Positions 39,651 through 49,845 of a stretch of DNA of 64,000 bases are shown piece after piece. Made by a program: the position numbers and the translations under genes. The notes under the pieces were generated by a model. The model worked only from the letters and a program-made list of their open reading frames with translations. It ran no database searches and was not told where the DNA came from. The DNA is taken from positions 25,445 through 89,444 of the forward strand of contig CAZHYV010000003.1 in assembly GCA_964537055.1 (NCBI GenBank), read 5' to 3'. Position 1 is the first letter of the stretch, and each line of letters opens with the position of its first letter. The DNA comes from an uncultured Myxococcales bacterium (GTDB taxonomy: Bacteria > Myxococcota_A > Polyangia > Palsa-1104 > JAEUJZ01).

Positions 39651-42125
39651 ATGTTCACCGATACTCGAGACGAGTCACTATTGGCAGCTTCTACCGCACA
39701 GGATCAATCAGAAGATCCATTCATGAATGGAAGTGATTCCGATTATGTTCCCACAACCATGCGAGTTCGAAAACGAAACGGTACCTATGAACCTGTGGAC
39801 GTGAACAAAATTGTGCGCGCCGTGGGCAGATGTTGCGTTGGTCTAAAAGATGTAGATGCCTTGCGGGTTGCCACAAAAACGATTAGCGGTCTTTACGATG
39901 GTGCCACCACGCAAGAGCTTGATCGGTTGTCGATCCAGACAGCAGCAGCGCTCATCGTTGAAGAGACTGAGTATTCCCGGCTAGCTGCACGGCTGCTAAG
40001 CACTTACATTTACAAAGAAGTTGCAAATCAAGAGATTCACTCGTTTTCTCAATCGATCCAGGCAGGGATGCAGCACGGATTGATAGCGCCACGGTTGGCT
40101 TCCTTTGTTAGTAAAAATAGCCGGAAACTGAATGATGTTGTGGATCAGACAAGAGACCAGCTCTTTGAATATTTTGGTCTTCGCACTGTGTACGACCGGT
40201 ACTTGCTCCGCCATCCTCAAACCCGACAGGTCATTGAAACCCCACAGCATTTTTTCTTGCGTATCGCCTGTGCTCTTTCAGATAACGTGAAGACGGCCAT
40301 TGCGCTATACGAGCTCTTTTCTTCGCTTGAATACCTTCCTAGTTCTCCTACCCTGTTTAACTCTGGCACAAGGCACGAACAGCTGTCGTCCTGCTTCCTG
40401 CTAGATTCCCCTACCGATGACCTGACCAGCATCTATCAGAAGTACACCGATGTAGCCATGCTGTCGAAGTTTTCTGGAGGAATTGGAATTGGGTACCATC
40501 GTGTCCGATCGGAGGGATCACTGATAGCATCGACCAACGGGTACTCAAGTGGAATTGTTCCCTGGTTAAAGACGCTCGATTCTTCGGTGTCCGCAGTCAA
40601 CCAAGGCGGACGGCGGAAAGGCGCCTGTTGTGTTTATCTAGAGACGTGGCACGCAGACATCGAAAGCTTCTTAGAGCTTAGAGACAATACAGGAGACGAA
40701 GCACGGAGAACGCATAACCTAAACTTGGCAAACTGGGTGCCGGATTTATTCATGAGGAGGGTTGAAAAGGACCAGGATTGGTCTTTGTTTGATCCAAAGA
40801 CGGTGCCTATGTTACCAGACCTTTATGGAAAAGCCTTCGAAGATGCCTATGTCCAAGCGGAACAGCAGGGTCTAGCAGTAAAAACCATGAAGGCCCGTGA
40901 GCTTTATGCTCGAATCATGAAAACATTAGCGCAGACAGGCAACGGGTGGATGACATTTAAAGATGCCTCCAACCTGAAATGCAACCAGACAGCAAAGCCT
41001 GAGAATGTGGTCCACCTTTCGAACCTGTGTACTGAGATTATTGAGGTCACCTCCGATAAAGAGACCGCAGTTTGTAACCTGGGGTCTCTTAACCTCAGCA
41101 GATACCTCAGTCAGGGGACGTTTGACTTTAAGAAGTTGGCACACAACGTGGATTTGGCCATTCGTCAACTGGATCGTGTCATTGACCTGAACTTTTACCC
41201 GATTCCCCAGGCAGCCGCTTCTAACCAAAGATGGCGGCCTGTGGGTCTAGGCTTAATGGGGCTCCAGGATGTATTCTTCCAATTGAGGCTTCCTTTTGAC
41301 GCGCCTGAAGCAAGAGCATTATCGAAGAAAATTCAGGAAGAAATCTACTATGCTGCACTATCGACCTCAGCTGCTTTGGCCGAAGAGCAGGGCGCCCATC
41401 CTTCTTTTGCAGAAACACGGGCCGCGCAAGGAGAGCTTCAGTTTGACGCTTGGGGTGTCGTGCCCGAAGATACCAAACGTTGGGATGCATTGCGTGACCG
41501 AATCAAAAAGCATGGGCTGCGCAATTCGCTAATGCTTGCCATTGCACCGACAGCGACCATTGCCTCGATCGCAGGCTGTTACGAGTGTATCGAACCACAG
41601 GTTTCAAACCTGTTTAAACGAGAAACCCTTTCGGGCGAGTTTTTGCAGGTCAACCGGTACCTCGTTGCAGACTTAAAGAAGTTGGGTCTTTGGAACGAGG
41701 CGACCAGGCTCGCACTCAAAAACCTATCAGGTTCTGTTCAGGCGATGAAAGAGCTGCCCGAGGACCTGCGAGCCATTTATCGCACCGCATGGGAAATCCC
41801 GATGCGATCGCTGATTGATATGGCGGCCGATCGAGGAGCCTTCCTGGATCAAAGCCAGTCGCTGAACCTATTTATGGAAAGCCCCAGCATTGGGGCCTTA
41901 TCTTCCATGTATTTCTATGCTTGGCAAAAGGGCCTTAAGACCACATATTATCTCCGCTCGCGTCCAGCAACGGAAATTGCTAAGACGACAGCATCCGCGC
42001 CTGCCTTGGCCTCGGTAGCCCCATCGATAGGACCGGGAACGCAAACTTCGGCAGCGGAGTTTAGTCCCGCAGATGCAATTGCGTGCTCGCTAGAAAACCC
42101 CGAAAGTTGCGAGGCCTGCCAATAA
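39651..42125 (+). CDS. nrdA: Ribonucleoside-diphosphate reductase alpha subunit (class I, ATP cone)
   Basis: VRKRNG ATP cone, QLSSCF, SNLCTEI, APTAT, KTTYYLR and C-terminal CEAC. Confidence 0.96.
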   Translation: MFTDTRDESLLAASTAQDQSEDPFMNGSDSDYVPTTMRVRKRNGTYEPVDVNKIVRAVGRCCVGLKDVDALRVATKTISGLYDGATTQELDRLSIQTAAALIVEETEYSRLAARLLSTYIYKEVANQEIHSFSQSIQAGMQHGLIAPRLASFVSKNSRKLNDVVDQTRDQLFEYFGLRTVYDRYLLRHPQTRQVIETPQHFFLRIACALSDNVKTAIALYELFSSLEYLPSSPTLFNSGTRHEQLSSCFLLDSPTDDLTSIYQKYTDVAMLSKFSGGIGIGYHRVRSEGSLIASTNGYSSGIVPWLKTLDSSVSAVNQGGRRKGACCVYLETWHADIESFLELRDNTGDEARRTHNLNLANWVPDLFMRRVEKDQDWSLFDPKTVPMLPDLYGKAFEDAYVQAEQQGLAVKTMKARELYARIMKTLAQTGNGWMTFKDASNLKCNQTAKPENVVHLSNLCTEIIEVTSDKETAVCNLGSLNLSRYLSQGTFDFKKLAHNVDLAIRQLDRVIDLNFYPIPQAAASNQRWRPVGLGLMGLQDVFFQLRLPFDAPEARALSKKIQEEIYYAALSTSAALAEEQGAHPSFAETRAAQGELQFDAWGVVPEDTKRWDALRDRIKKHGLRNSLMLAIAPTATIASIAGCYECIEPQVSNLFKRETLSGEFLQVNRYLVADLKKLGLWNEATRLALKNLSGSVQAMKELPEDLRAIYRTAWEIPMRSLIDMAADRGAFLDQSQSLNLFMESPSIGALSSMYFYAWQKGLKTTYYLRSRPATEIAKTTASAPALASVAPSIGPGTQTSAAEFSPADAIACSLENPESCEACQ

Positions 42126-42248
42126 TGTTCTTTAGCGGCCACGTTTCATGGTAGGATGCTTGCAAAGAAGGAAAACGCAGACTGCGTGGTACGAAAAGAG
42201 GGCTCGTATTGCGCGGAATTCATCCTCATTTTTGTAAGGCAAAGAAGA

Positions 42249-43286
42249 ATGTTTCCTAAATACGCCCTCCCAAGTGAGTACGAAGCCATGCTGCTAGATC
42301 CTGGTTTAAAGCTGACATTACGGCCTATGGGCTATCCCCTCTTTTACGAGATGTACCGAGATGCCATCAAAAATACATGGACGGTGGAAGAGGTCGATTT
42401 TTCAACAGACCTTTTGGATCTGAAAAATAAGATGACCCCTGCGGATCGCCACCTGATCCATCGGCTGGTCGCCTTTTTTGCTACTGGGGATACCATTGTC
42501 GCTAATAACCTCGTGCTCAACTTATATAAGCACATTAATGCTCCGGAAGCGCGGATGTATTTGTCCCGCCAACTGTACGAAGAGGCGCTACACATCCAGT
42601 TCTATCTAACGCTGCTAGATAGCTATCTGCCCGACCCTGAAGATCGAGAAAAAGCCTTTGCTGCGGTGGATAACATTCCTTCGATTCGCACCAAGGCCCA
42701 ATTTTGCCTCAAATGGATGGACTCGATCCATCAACTTGAGTCGTTGAAAACAGCTGCTGATCGTCGCCAATTTGTACTAAATCTTATTTGCTTTGCTGCC
42801 TGTATCGAGGGTTTGTTCTTCTTTGCCGCGTTTGCATATGTGTATTTCCTCCGTTCTCGTGGACTCCTTCATGGGCTTGCCACTGGGACCAACTGGGTCT
42901 TTCGCGACGAGAGCATGCACATGAGTTTTGCGTTCCAGGTGGTACAGATTGTTCGCCAGGAAGAGCCCGGTCTGTTTGATGCCCAGATGGCACAAGACAT
43001 CACCAAGATGATTGAAGAAGCGGTTGAGTGCGAGACCCAGTTTGCGCACGACCTGCTCAGCCAAGGTGTGGTGGGGCTTTCTACAAAGGATATGAGGCAA
43101 TACCTAGGTTTTATCGCTGACCAGCGTCTGACCATGCTGGGTCTTCCTAAACGGTACAACGTCAAGAACCCGTTCCCCTTTATGGAGCTACAGGACGTCC
43201 GTGAGCTGACCAACTTCTTCGAGAGACGCGTCTCAGCCTACCAGGTTGGGGTGCAGGGAGAAGTGGATTTAAACGCAGCGTTTTAG
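42249..43286 (+). CDS. nrdB: Ribonucleotide reductase beta subunit
   Basis: EEALHIQFY (radical Tyr retained), IEGLFF, RDESMH and NFFERRV. Start is 42249 or 42288. Confidence 0.95.
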   Translation: MFPKYALPSEYEAMLLDPGLKLTLRPMGYPLFYEMYRDAIKNTWTVEEVDFSTDLLDLKNKMTPADRHLIHRLVAFFATGDTIVANNLVLNLYKHINAPEARMYLSRQLYEEALHIQFYLTLLDSYLPDPEDREKAFAAVDNIPSIRTKAQFCLKWMDSIHQLESLKTAADRRQFVLNLICFAACIEGLFFFAAFAYVYFLRSRGLLHGLATGTNWVFRDESMHMSFAFQVVQIVRQEEPGLFDAQMAQDITKMIEEAVECETQFAHDLLSQGVVGLSTKDMRQYLGFIADQRLTMLGLPKRYNVKNPFPFMELQDVRELTNFFERRVSAYQVGVQGEVDLNAAF

Positions 43287-43720
43287 GGAGGCAAGAGCGA
43301 AGTTAGATGGGGCTACTCTGCATAGTTCAATAGATAACCGCCAAACCATTTGGATGGGGTAGTTTCTGATAGAAGCATTAGGTCTCTAAGAAGCGTCTTG
43401 CCCTTCAAATAGGTCTAAAAGGTCTTTAGGGAGTAGATCAAAAAAACTCTCTAGAATAACTCCTTCCCCTTTTGCTATATCTAGGTGCCGTGGCTTTACC
43501 ACCAAAAGCTTAGACAAGAAATGGTCTTCAGGTATGGGAACTTCTTTTCTCATAAGGATAGGCACACAAGAATCTACTAAAATAGGAATATGGGAGCAAG
43601 GAGAATTCTATTTCTACAATTCCACGTTTAGGATGTCACGCCATCATAGAAAATGTGGAGATAGGTACATTAGACCGCATTCTTTGAATGCATTCATTGG
43701 TCACATCCGTGCTTATTTTT

Positions 43721-44242
43721 TTATAAGTTGATCCCCTCAAGTGCTAACAATTTCTTCTTCGTATCAATTCCCCCATAGGCAGAGAACCCTCCAATTTTTC
43801 CACCAGAGGCAAAAACCCGATGGCACGGAATAAGAATTGGGTAGGGGTTCTTCCCAAGGGCTTGTCCCACGGCGCGTGAAGCGAGCGGAGAACCAGCTTC
43901 CCTAGCAAGCTCGCCATAGCTAATTGTTGTTCCAAAAGGAATGTTTCTTGCGGCAAGCAGCACCCTCTGGTGAAAAGCGGGCAGAGCAGACAAAACAAGT
44001 GGGACCTTAAAGAAGTCGTGCGGCTTCCCTTGAAAATAACGTGTAAGTTCGTCGAGGTAGGATTGAATGCGAGGAAAAGGCCTTGCAGGTTGTGCCGTTG
44101 GATGCAGGAATGAAAGCTCGGTCAGGGTGGCCTCGCGGCTCTCCAAAGGGAGGTGGATCCGCAAGAGAGCCTGCTCGGTAAATACAACCCCCATGCACCC
44201 AAGGGGTGTGTCGACATCGGTTAGATAGACCTGGTTTTCCAT
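43721..44242 (-). CDS. ogt: Methylated-DNA--protein-cysteine methyltransferase
   Basis: SYGELA, RAVGQALGKNP and IPCHRV active-site motif. Confidence 0.95.
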   Translation of the reverse strand: MENQVYLTDVDTPLGCMGVVFTEQALLRIHLPLESREATLTELSFLHPTAQPARPFPRIQSYLDELTRYFQGKPHDFFKVPLVLSALPAFHQRVLLAARNIPFGTTISYGELAREAGSPLASRAVGQALGKNPYPILIPCHRVFASGGKIGGFSAYGGIDTKKKLLALEGINL

Positions 44243-44430
44243 GATGCCCTTACTGTACAAAAGATTGATTCTTCGGCAAGCAATTTTCGAACCACATTCA
44301 AGCTCATCTGGCATGCATAACATATCTAATCGCCTCCATAGTACATCTGACTGTATGCACTTTTCCTTCAACCTCTACCTCAACGTTCATTTTCCTTGCA
44401 CATCCCCAAGGAGTCATTTACAAAGAAGCT

Positions 44431-44790
44431 ATGTCCGAAATCAAAACATACCAAGGGTCCTGCCACTGCGGCAAAGTAAGCTATGAAGTAACCACAGATT
44501 TCAGCCAGGTGATTTCCTGCAATTGCTCTATCTGCACAAAGAAGGGATATATGCTCACTTTTGTGCCTAAGGCGAAATTTCAACTTCTCTCCGGAAAGTC
44601 AGACCTCTCTGATTATCAGTTTGGAAGCAAACGGATTCACCATCAGTTCTGCTCCCACTGCGGTGTTTCTCCGTTTGGAAGAGGAACTTCTCCTCAAGGG
44701 GAGGAAACATTTGCGGTCAACCTTCGATGTGTAGAGGGGGTTGATCTTTCGAAACTGACCGTTACTCCTTTTGATGGGAAGAGTCTGTAA
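44431..44790 (+). CDS. GFA family (CENP-V-like) Zn protein
   Basis: GSCHCG, CNCSIC and HQFCSHCG motifs. Confidence 0.93.
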   Translation: MSEIKTYQGSCHCGKVSYEVTTDFSQVISCNCSICTKKGYMLTFVPKAKFQLLSGKSDLSDYQFGSKRIHHQFCSHCGVSPFGRGTSPQGEETFAVNLRCVEGVDLSKLTVTPFDGKSL

Positions 44791-44935
44791 ACATAAAAAA
44801 GCTTTTTTACCTATCCCCTAAGTCCTCGCGATCCTTTTCGCTCTCATCCCTTCCGCCATTGTTAGGATTGAAATCTCTTTAGTTCTGCAACTTAAAAATC
44901 CATAACCCTCTTTGGGATTGCCCTTTGGTATACCC

Positions 44936-44963
44936 TTGACACCTAATAGATCGAATCTATGTT
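44936..44963 (+). promoter_or_regulatory. Possible sigma70-type promoter for the 58-aa gene
   Basis: TTGACA, 16-bp spacer, TATGTT. Confidence 0.35.
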
Positions 44964-45019
44964 GGCTACTATAGAGAGGTTGGTGTTAGCTGCCATAGGT
45001 AGGTAGAAAGGAGAGGTTT

Positions 45020-45196
45020 ATGCCGCGTGGAGATAAATCAAAATATACAGAAAAACAAAAACGTCAGGCCGAACATATTGAAGAAGGGTACGAAGAAAAA
45101 GGGGTCCCTAAAAAGACTGCTGAGAGAATTGCCTGGGCTACGGTGAATAAAACTTCGGGAGGTGGGCGAAAATCAAGATCTGAGATTAAAACCTAA
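45020..45196 (+). CDS. Small protein (58 aa), ChaB-like / 'plasmid stabilization protein' family
   Basis: Below the ORF-track length cutoff. Translates as MPRGDKSKYTEKQKRQAEHIEEGYEEKGVPKKTAERIAWATVNKTSGGGRKSRSEIKT, with AGGAGAGG RBS. Motif KQKRQAEHIEEGYE...AWATVNK is recalled from this family. Confidence 0.85.
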   Translation: MPRGDKSKYTEKQKRQAEHIEEGYEEKGVPKKTAERIAWATVNKTSGGGRKSRSEIKT

Positions 45197-45356
45197 GGAT
45201 AGAGCAAGAAAACCAGAACCAGCGCCCGAGCTTAGCCGATATCCTCCACAAACATATAGAAGAAACTCCATTGATTGCTTTCATTGGAATCGCATGATAT
45301 AGCTAAAATGCAGTTTAACCCCTATTCATATAAATTAAATATTCTGGAGATTCATT

Positions 45357-45653
45357 ATGTATAAACCATTCATTCGCCTAATCCTATCAGTCCTCCTTCC
45401 TTTTTCTTTCGTAGCTTGTGATCCTATTACGGGTGAGGTTATTGACGGAGTTCCTGACCCCTTTGCAATTACGTCAGCCTCGCTGAAGAATGCCCAAGTT
45501 CAAGCATGTGCCCAAGGTCTAGGAACAAGCGCAAACTCAGTTGCTGAAACAGGAATGGCCGTAGGAGAGCATTACGTGATTTGGGTGATAGATTCTTCTG
45601 GCCAAAGAAATCTTTTTGACGCAACCGCAAGCTCAGAGAATCCAAAGGTTTAA
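45357..45653 (+). CDS. Hypothetical lipoprotein
   Basis: FVAC lipobox and GGAG RBS. Confidence 0.6.
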   Translation: MYKPFIRLILSVLLPFSFVACDPITGEVIDGVPDPFAITSASLKNAQVQACAQGLGTSANSVAETGMAVGEHYVIWVIDSSGQRNLFDATASSENPKV

Positions 45654-45667
45654 GCGAACATTCCTCT

Positions 45668-46195
45668 ATGCAACTAGGTTACAAATCAAAAATTTGGGTA
45701 CTTTTGCTTGCTGCTGTAATCATTTTGGTAAGCGGATATTATGTTTACTTAAGACAGCGCGTCTTTGCTGGAATGTCAATGGATAGTGACACCTATGCCT
45801 ATTTTTGGTTTGCGCCCTCATGGGTAAAGAATGTTCCCAAGCCATACATGGTCGGTTCAGCGGCAGTTTACATCAAAGGATACGATGGTGGCCCACCTGG
45901 AATTTATGAGGTTAACTATTCCTCTCGTCAGGTACCGGCCAAAATTCCATTTCAGCTCGAAGAATATTTACAAAACCTTGGGCTTTCCCAATGCAGGGGA
46001 AAAGGCTGTTCAGAAACCAGCCCCTCCGAGTATCGAGCAACTTGGCTGTCTCGTGAAGGACAGGATATTCGAGAAAGAGTCGAAGTTCTCATTCAACCGA
46101 ATAAGAACGGAATTTCATTCGTACGAGTTCGTAGGGTTTGGTGTCTACCCTCATACTACGCTTGTGGAATGGGTTTTTATGGGTTAGATTCTTGA
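45668..46195 (+). CDS. Hypothetical membrane-anchored protein
   Basis: Single N-terminal hydrophobic helix; 14 bp downstream of the previous gene. Confidence 0.6.
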   Translation: MQLGYKSKIWVLLLAAVIILVSGYYVYLRQRVFAGMSMDSDTYAYFWFAPSWVKNVPKPYMVGSAAVYIKGYDGGPPGIYEVNYSSRQVPAKIPFQLEEYLQNLGLSQCRGKGCSETSPSEYRATWLSREGQDIRERVEVLIQPNKNGISFVRVRRVWCLPSYYACGMGFYGLDS

Positions 46196-46262
46196 ATGAA
46201 GAGCGAATAGGAAAGCCTGCGTCCAAGAGGATAAAGTTCTTCCTATTTATATGAAAAAGAGA

Positions 46263-46336
<74 letters not shown>

Positions 46337-46461
46337 AAGAGAGTACTAGTTAACCTGATCTGGGTATAGTCGTCAAGTTTGTTTTTGTGTCTGATTTAAA
46401 TTCGATATCATTTCTTTCGTACGAGTGATGACCGATCGGGTTACCTAGGAGACACAGGAAG

Positions 46462-47079
46462 TCATAAATGCGAAGCGACCACCTGTTGAATTTGGAGACG
46501 GACTTGCTCGAGCGGCAAGGAGCCATCCAGCACCACCACCGACTCTTGTTCTCTTTTTAGATAATCGATGCCAGAACGATAAAGAGAAGCAACCTTCTCA
46601 AGGAATGCCTCAGCCTCATACAGCTCACGAGCGGAGTTCCGAAGCTTTCTTCGCTGTGCCGCAACTTCGGTAGGTACATCTAGAAAAATCATCAGATCCG
46701 GCGAGTAAACTCCCTCATTGGCTGAAAGGATGAATGCTTGGGGGACGCCTGAGGCTTGTTGGTAGGCTAACGAAGAAAGCAAATATCGGTCACAAACCAC
46801 ATGCGTGCCACGTCTTAATTGAGGAAGTACCTCGTTCTCAAGGTGATCGTGACGATCTGCAGCAAAAAGAAGCGCCATGGATTCTTTTGGGGGAGTTTTG
46901 CTTTGTCCCTTTAAGAACGTCCGGATGAATTGGCCGATTTCACCCTGGGAGGGCTCGGCAGTTCGATAGACGGGCATTTGGCGAGATTGAAACCATTCCA
47001 CCAAGTATTGTGATTGGCTGGTGGTTCCAGCACCATCTAATCCCTCAAGTACAATCAATTTCCCTGGAAGCCGCTCCAT
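46462..47079 (-). CDS. tmk: Thymidylate kinase
   Basis: LEGLDGAGTTSQ, LLFAADR and CDRYLLSSLAYQ motifs. Confidence 0.95.
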   Translation of the reverse strand: MERLPGKLIVLEGLDGAGTTSQSQYLVEWFQSRQMPVYRTAEPSQGEIGQFIRTFLKGQSKTPPKESMALLFAADRHDHLENEVLPQLRRGTHVVCDRYLLSSLAYQQASGVPQAFILSANEGVYSPDLMIFLDVPTEVAAQRRKLRNSARELYEAEAFLEKVASLYRSGIDYLKREQESVVVLDGSLPLEQVRLQIQQVVASHL

Positions 47080-47257
47080 GCTAAAAAGAATGCCCAACGT
47101 TCGAAAGAGCGTCAAGAAAATCAGAGAGACATTTTTATCTTAGAGAAAGGTACTGGCCAGACAATCTTGCGACCCCACGTCAAGAAGAGTTGACAGAAAA
47201 GCAGGGTTGCTGCAAATTTCTACATTCAACATTGATCATTGTTTGGAGGAACCACTT

Positions 47258-47446
47258 ATGGGTCGTGGAGATAGTCGTAGTACGTTAAAGATGAAACGTC
47301 GTAAGGCACAAACCAGCATGAAAGAGCGGATTGCTCGGCGGAAGGAAGACAAACAAGCTCAACCAAAAGCGAAAACAACCGCTTCTACAGTAGCAGCAAA
47401 GCCTTCTGCTACGGGCGCAAAGGTTCGTAAGAAACCTACCGCCTAA
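47258..47446 (+). CDS. Small, highly basic hypothetical protein (62 aa)
   Basis: GGAGG RBS before the ATG at 47258; TTGACA upstream; Lys/Arg-rich sequence MGRGDSRSTLKMKRRK... Confidence 0.65.
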   Translation: MGRGDSRSTLKMKRRKAQTSMKERIARRKEDKQAQPKAKTTASTVAAKPSATGAKVRKKPTA

Positions 47447-47549
47447 AGCGAAAGTCCTCTGAGAAAGCCCTAGGTACCCATCTTGTCTTGGCAAAGGCTG
47501 ACCTAAGAGCAGACTTTTCTTCTTCTCCCACTTTTAAAGGGAAACCTTG

Positions 47550-49079
47550 ATGAAGAAATATATCGTAGCGATTGATCAGGGTACCACAGGAACCACGGTA
47601 CTTATCCTGGACAAAACCATGCAAATTTGTGGCCGAGGATATGCCGAGGTGCCACAACACTTCCCTAAGCCAGGCTGGGTAGAGCAAGCGGGAGAGAACA
47701 TTTGGAACTCTGTGCTAAAGGCGCTAGGGCAAGCATTGTCCCAAGCTGCCTGCGATCCTTTCCACATCGCAGCCATCGGACTTACCAACCAACGCGAAAC
47801 GGTTTTGTGCTTTGACCGCAAGGGCGTTCCTCTGCACCCTGCGATTGTTTGGCAGGATCGCAGGACGGCAGAGGATTGCGAGCGTTTGCGAAGGGAAGGG
47901 CATGAACCTTCTCTTCAAAAGCAGACCGGCCTTTTGCTTGATCCCTATTTCTCTGCCACTAAAATGGCGTGGCTTTTGCAAACGTTTCCAAGCCTTCGCA
48001 AAAAGGTGGAAGCAGGAGAGGCGCTTTTTGGAACGGTCGATGCCTTTTTAATGTATCGCCTAAGCGGAACTAAGTCCTACGTGAGTGATGTTACCAATGC
48101 TTCAAGGACTTTGCTGTTTGATCTAGACACGCTCTCGTTTTCAGAGAAGTTATGCTCCCTGTTTGGTGTCCCCCTATATGCTTTACCGTCTATCGTACCC
48201 TCACAGGGAATTTGTGCCAAAACGATGTCTGTCCCAGGCATCCCAGATGGCATCCCGATTGCTGCAGTTTTAGGTGATCAGCAAGCGGCACTATTCGGAC
48301 AGGGATGCCTTTCTGAGGGACAAGCCAAATGCACCTATGGAACAGGCGCCTTCCTTCTCCTAAATACAGGAGAACGGAGGGTGCATTCCTCTTCTCGTCT
48401 TTTGGGAACAGTTGCCTGGCAGAGAGAACAGAGCTCTTCGAGGATGACTCAAGCGGAAACGGCTTATGCGAAGACGGTTGATAAAAGGGTGGCCTATGCC
48501 CTCGAGGGAAGTGCCTTTGTAGCGGGTTCCTTCATCCAATGGTTACGGGATGGACTTGGATTGATCCAAGCCTCGGGGGAGATCGAATCTCTTGCCGCTT
48601 CGGTGCCTGATTCAGGGGGAGTTACAGTGGTTCCCGCACTTACCGGCCTAGGGGCTCCGTATTGGCAACCTGAGGCTCGGGGCCTATGTTGGGGGATGAC
48701 TCGAGGAACAACCCGGGGTCATATTGCCAGGGCGTCATTAGAGGGAATTGCGCTACAAATTTGCGATTTGGTAGAAGCCATGGAAAAAGATACGGGAGTG
48801 TCGCTGCAAAGCCTTCGCGTTGATGGGGGAATGGCAAAAAATGATTTGTTCCTCCAAATTCAAGCAGACTTGCTCCATTGTGAAATCATCCGCTCAAGAC
48901 AGATTGAAGCTACTGCACTAGGGGTAGGTTTTTTGGCAGGGATTGAGGTGGAAATGATAAGCGAAGAATTTCCCCAAACGCAGCTTCACGAAGACAGGCG
49001 GTTTATGCCAAGCCTTTCTAATGCGGAGCGGAAATCGCTAAAACATCGCTGGAAAGAGGCTGTGGCACGAAGCTATTGA
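47550..49079 (+). CDS. glpK: Glycerol kinase
   Basis: AIDQGTT, TNQRET, WQDRRT, LDPYFSATK, GDQQAALFGQ, KCTYGTG and GLGAPYW motifs. Confidence 0.96.
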   Translation: MKKYIVAIDQGTTGTTVLILDKTMQICGRGYAEVPQHFPKPGWVEQAGENIWNSVLKALGQALSQAACDPFHIAAIGLTNQRETVLCFDRKGVPLHPAIVWQDRRTAEDCERLRREGHEPSLQKQTGLLLDPYFSATKMAWLLQTFPSLRKKVEAGEALFGTVDAFLMYRLSGTKSYVSDVTNASRTLLFDLDTLSFSEKLCSLFGVPLYALPSIVPSQGICAKTMSVPGIPDGIPIAAVLGDQQAALFGQGCLSEGQAKCTYGTGAFLLLNTGERRVHSSSRLLGTVAWQREQSSSRMTQAETAYAKTVDKRVAYALEGSAFVAGSFIQWLRDGLGLIQASGEIESLAASVPDSGGVTVVPALTGLGAPYWQPEARGLCWGMTRGTTRGHIARASLEGIALQICDLVEAMEKDTGVSLQSLRVDGGMAKNDLFLQIQADLLHCEIIRSRQIEATALGVGFLAGIEVEMISEEFPQTQLHEDRRFMPSLSNAERKSLKHRWKEAVARSY

Positions 49080-49254
49080 TTGTATAAGTCTGGATAGCTA
49101 TAGCTTTGATGCCAAGGTGGACAACGGCTAACGTAAGCCCATATTTTGGCCCTAACCCTTGTGACCCTTGTACTTCTTGATAGACCTTTCCGTAGAGCTT
49201 GAGTTATATCAAAGTCGTTAAACTTATTCATATCTATTCCTGAAAGGACTCCTT

Positions 49255-49845
49255 ATGAAAAAAATATTATGGATAGCTGCAATCCTCACCTCTGGATTGG
49301 CCTCTTGTTCATCTTCTACAAAAAATACCATTTCAGAAGATATAAACCATTCCTTGCTGGAAGAACGTGTTGGAATTGAAGTGCAGGTACGACGCTATAA
49401 AGATTTATTGGTGGGGAATCCTGCTTTAAATATACCTTCTATTGATGTGTGTGAGGGGAGGAGTCATTTAGATTGTCAAATCTATTATACCCAAAAGCTT
49501 GAAGGTAATCAGGATGATGAAGAGGTAACAAAACATAACGCTTTAGCATGTGCTGTTCGAAAGAGAATAGAAGGTTTGGAACTTGCACTTCAAATATCTC
49601 TATCTGCCGAAGATGATGGGGTGCGACAATTGAAAAGAGGCCCCAGTATAGCGAATGTACTTATTTTGCAACAGCTCCAGGTCTCGCGAAAACAAATGGA
49701 GGGCCTACAGGGGTTAATTCGCTACCATGCAAACCAGGGTAAATATGTCCAAGGAGAATCTTCTCAAGGAGACTCTGTCGATGAAAGCCAGATAGCAGCA
49801 GCGGAAGTGAAAGATGAATCTAAGTCCGAAGATAGCTCCTCTTAA
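49255..49845 (+). CDS. Hypothetical lipoprotein
   Basis: LASC lipobox and AAGGA RBS. Confidence 0.7.
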   Translation: MKKILWIAAILTSGLASCSSSTKNTISEDINHSLLEERVGIEVQVRRYKDLLVGNPALNIPSIDVCEGRSHLDCQIYYTQKLEGNQDDEEVTKHNALACAVRKRIEGLELALQISLSAEDDGVRQLKRGPSIANVLILQQLQVSRKQMEGLQGLIRYHANQGKYVQGESSQGDSVDESQIAAAEVKDESKSEDSSS

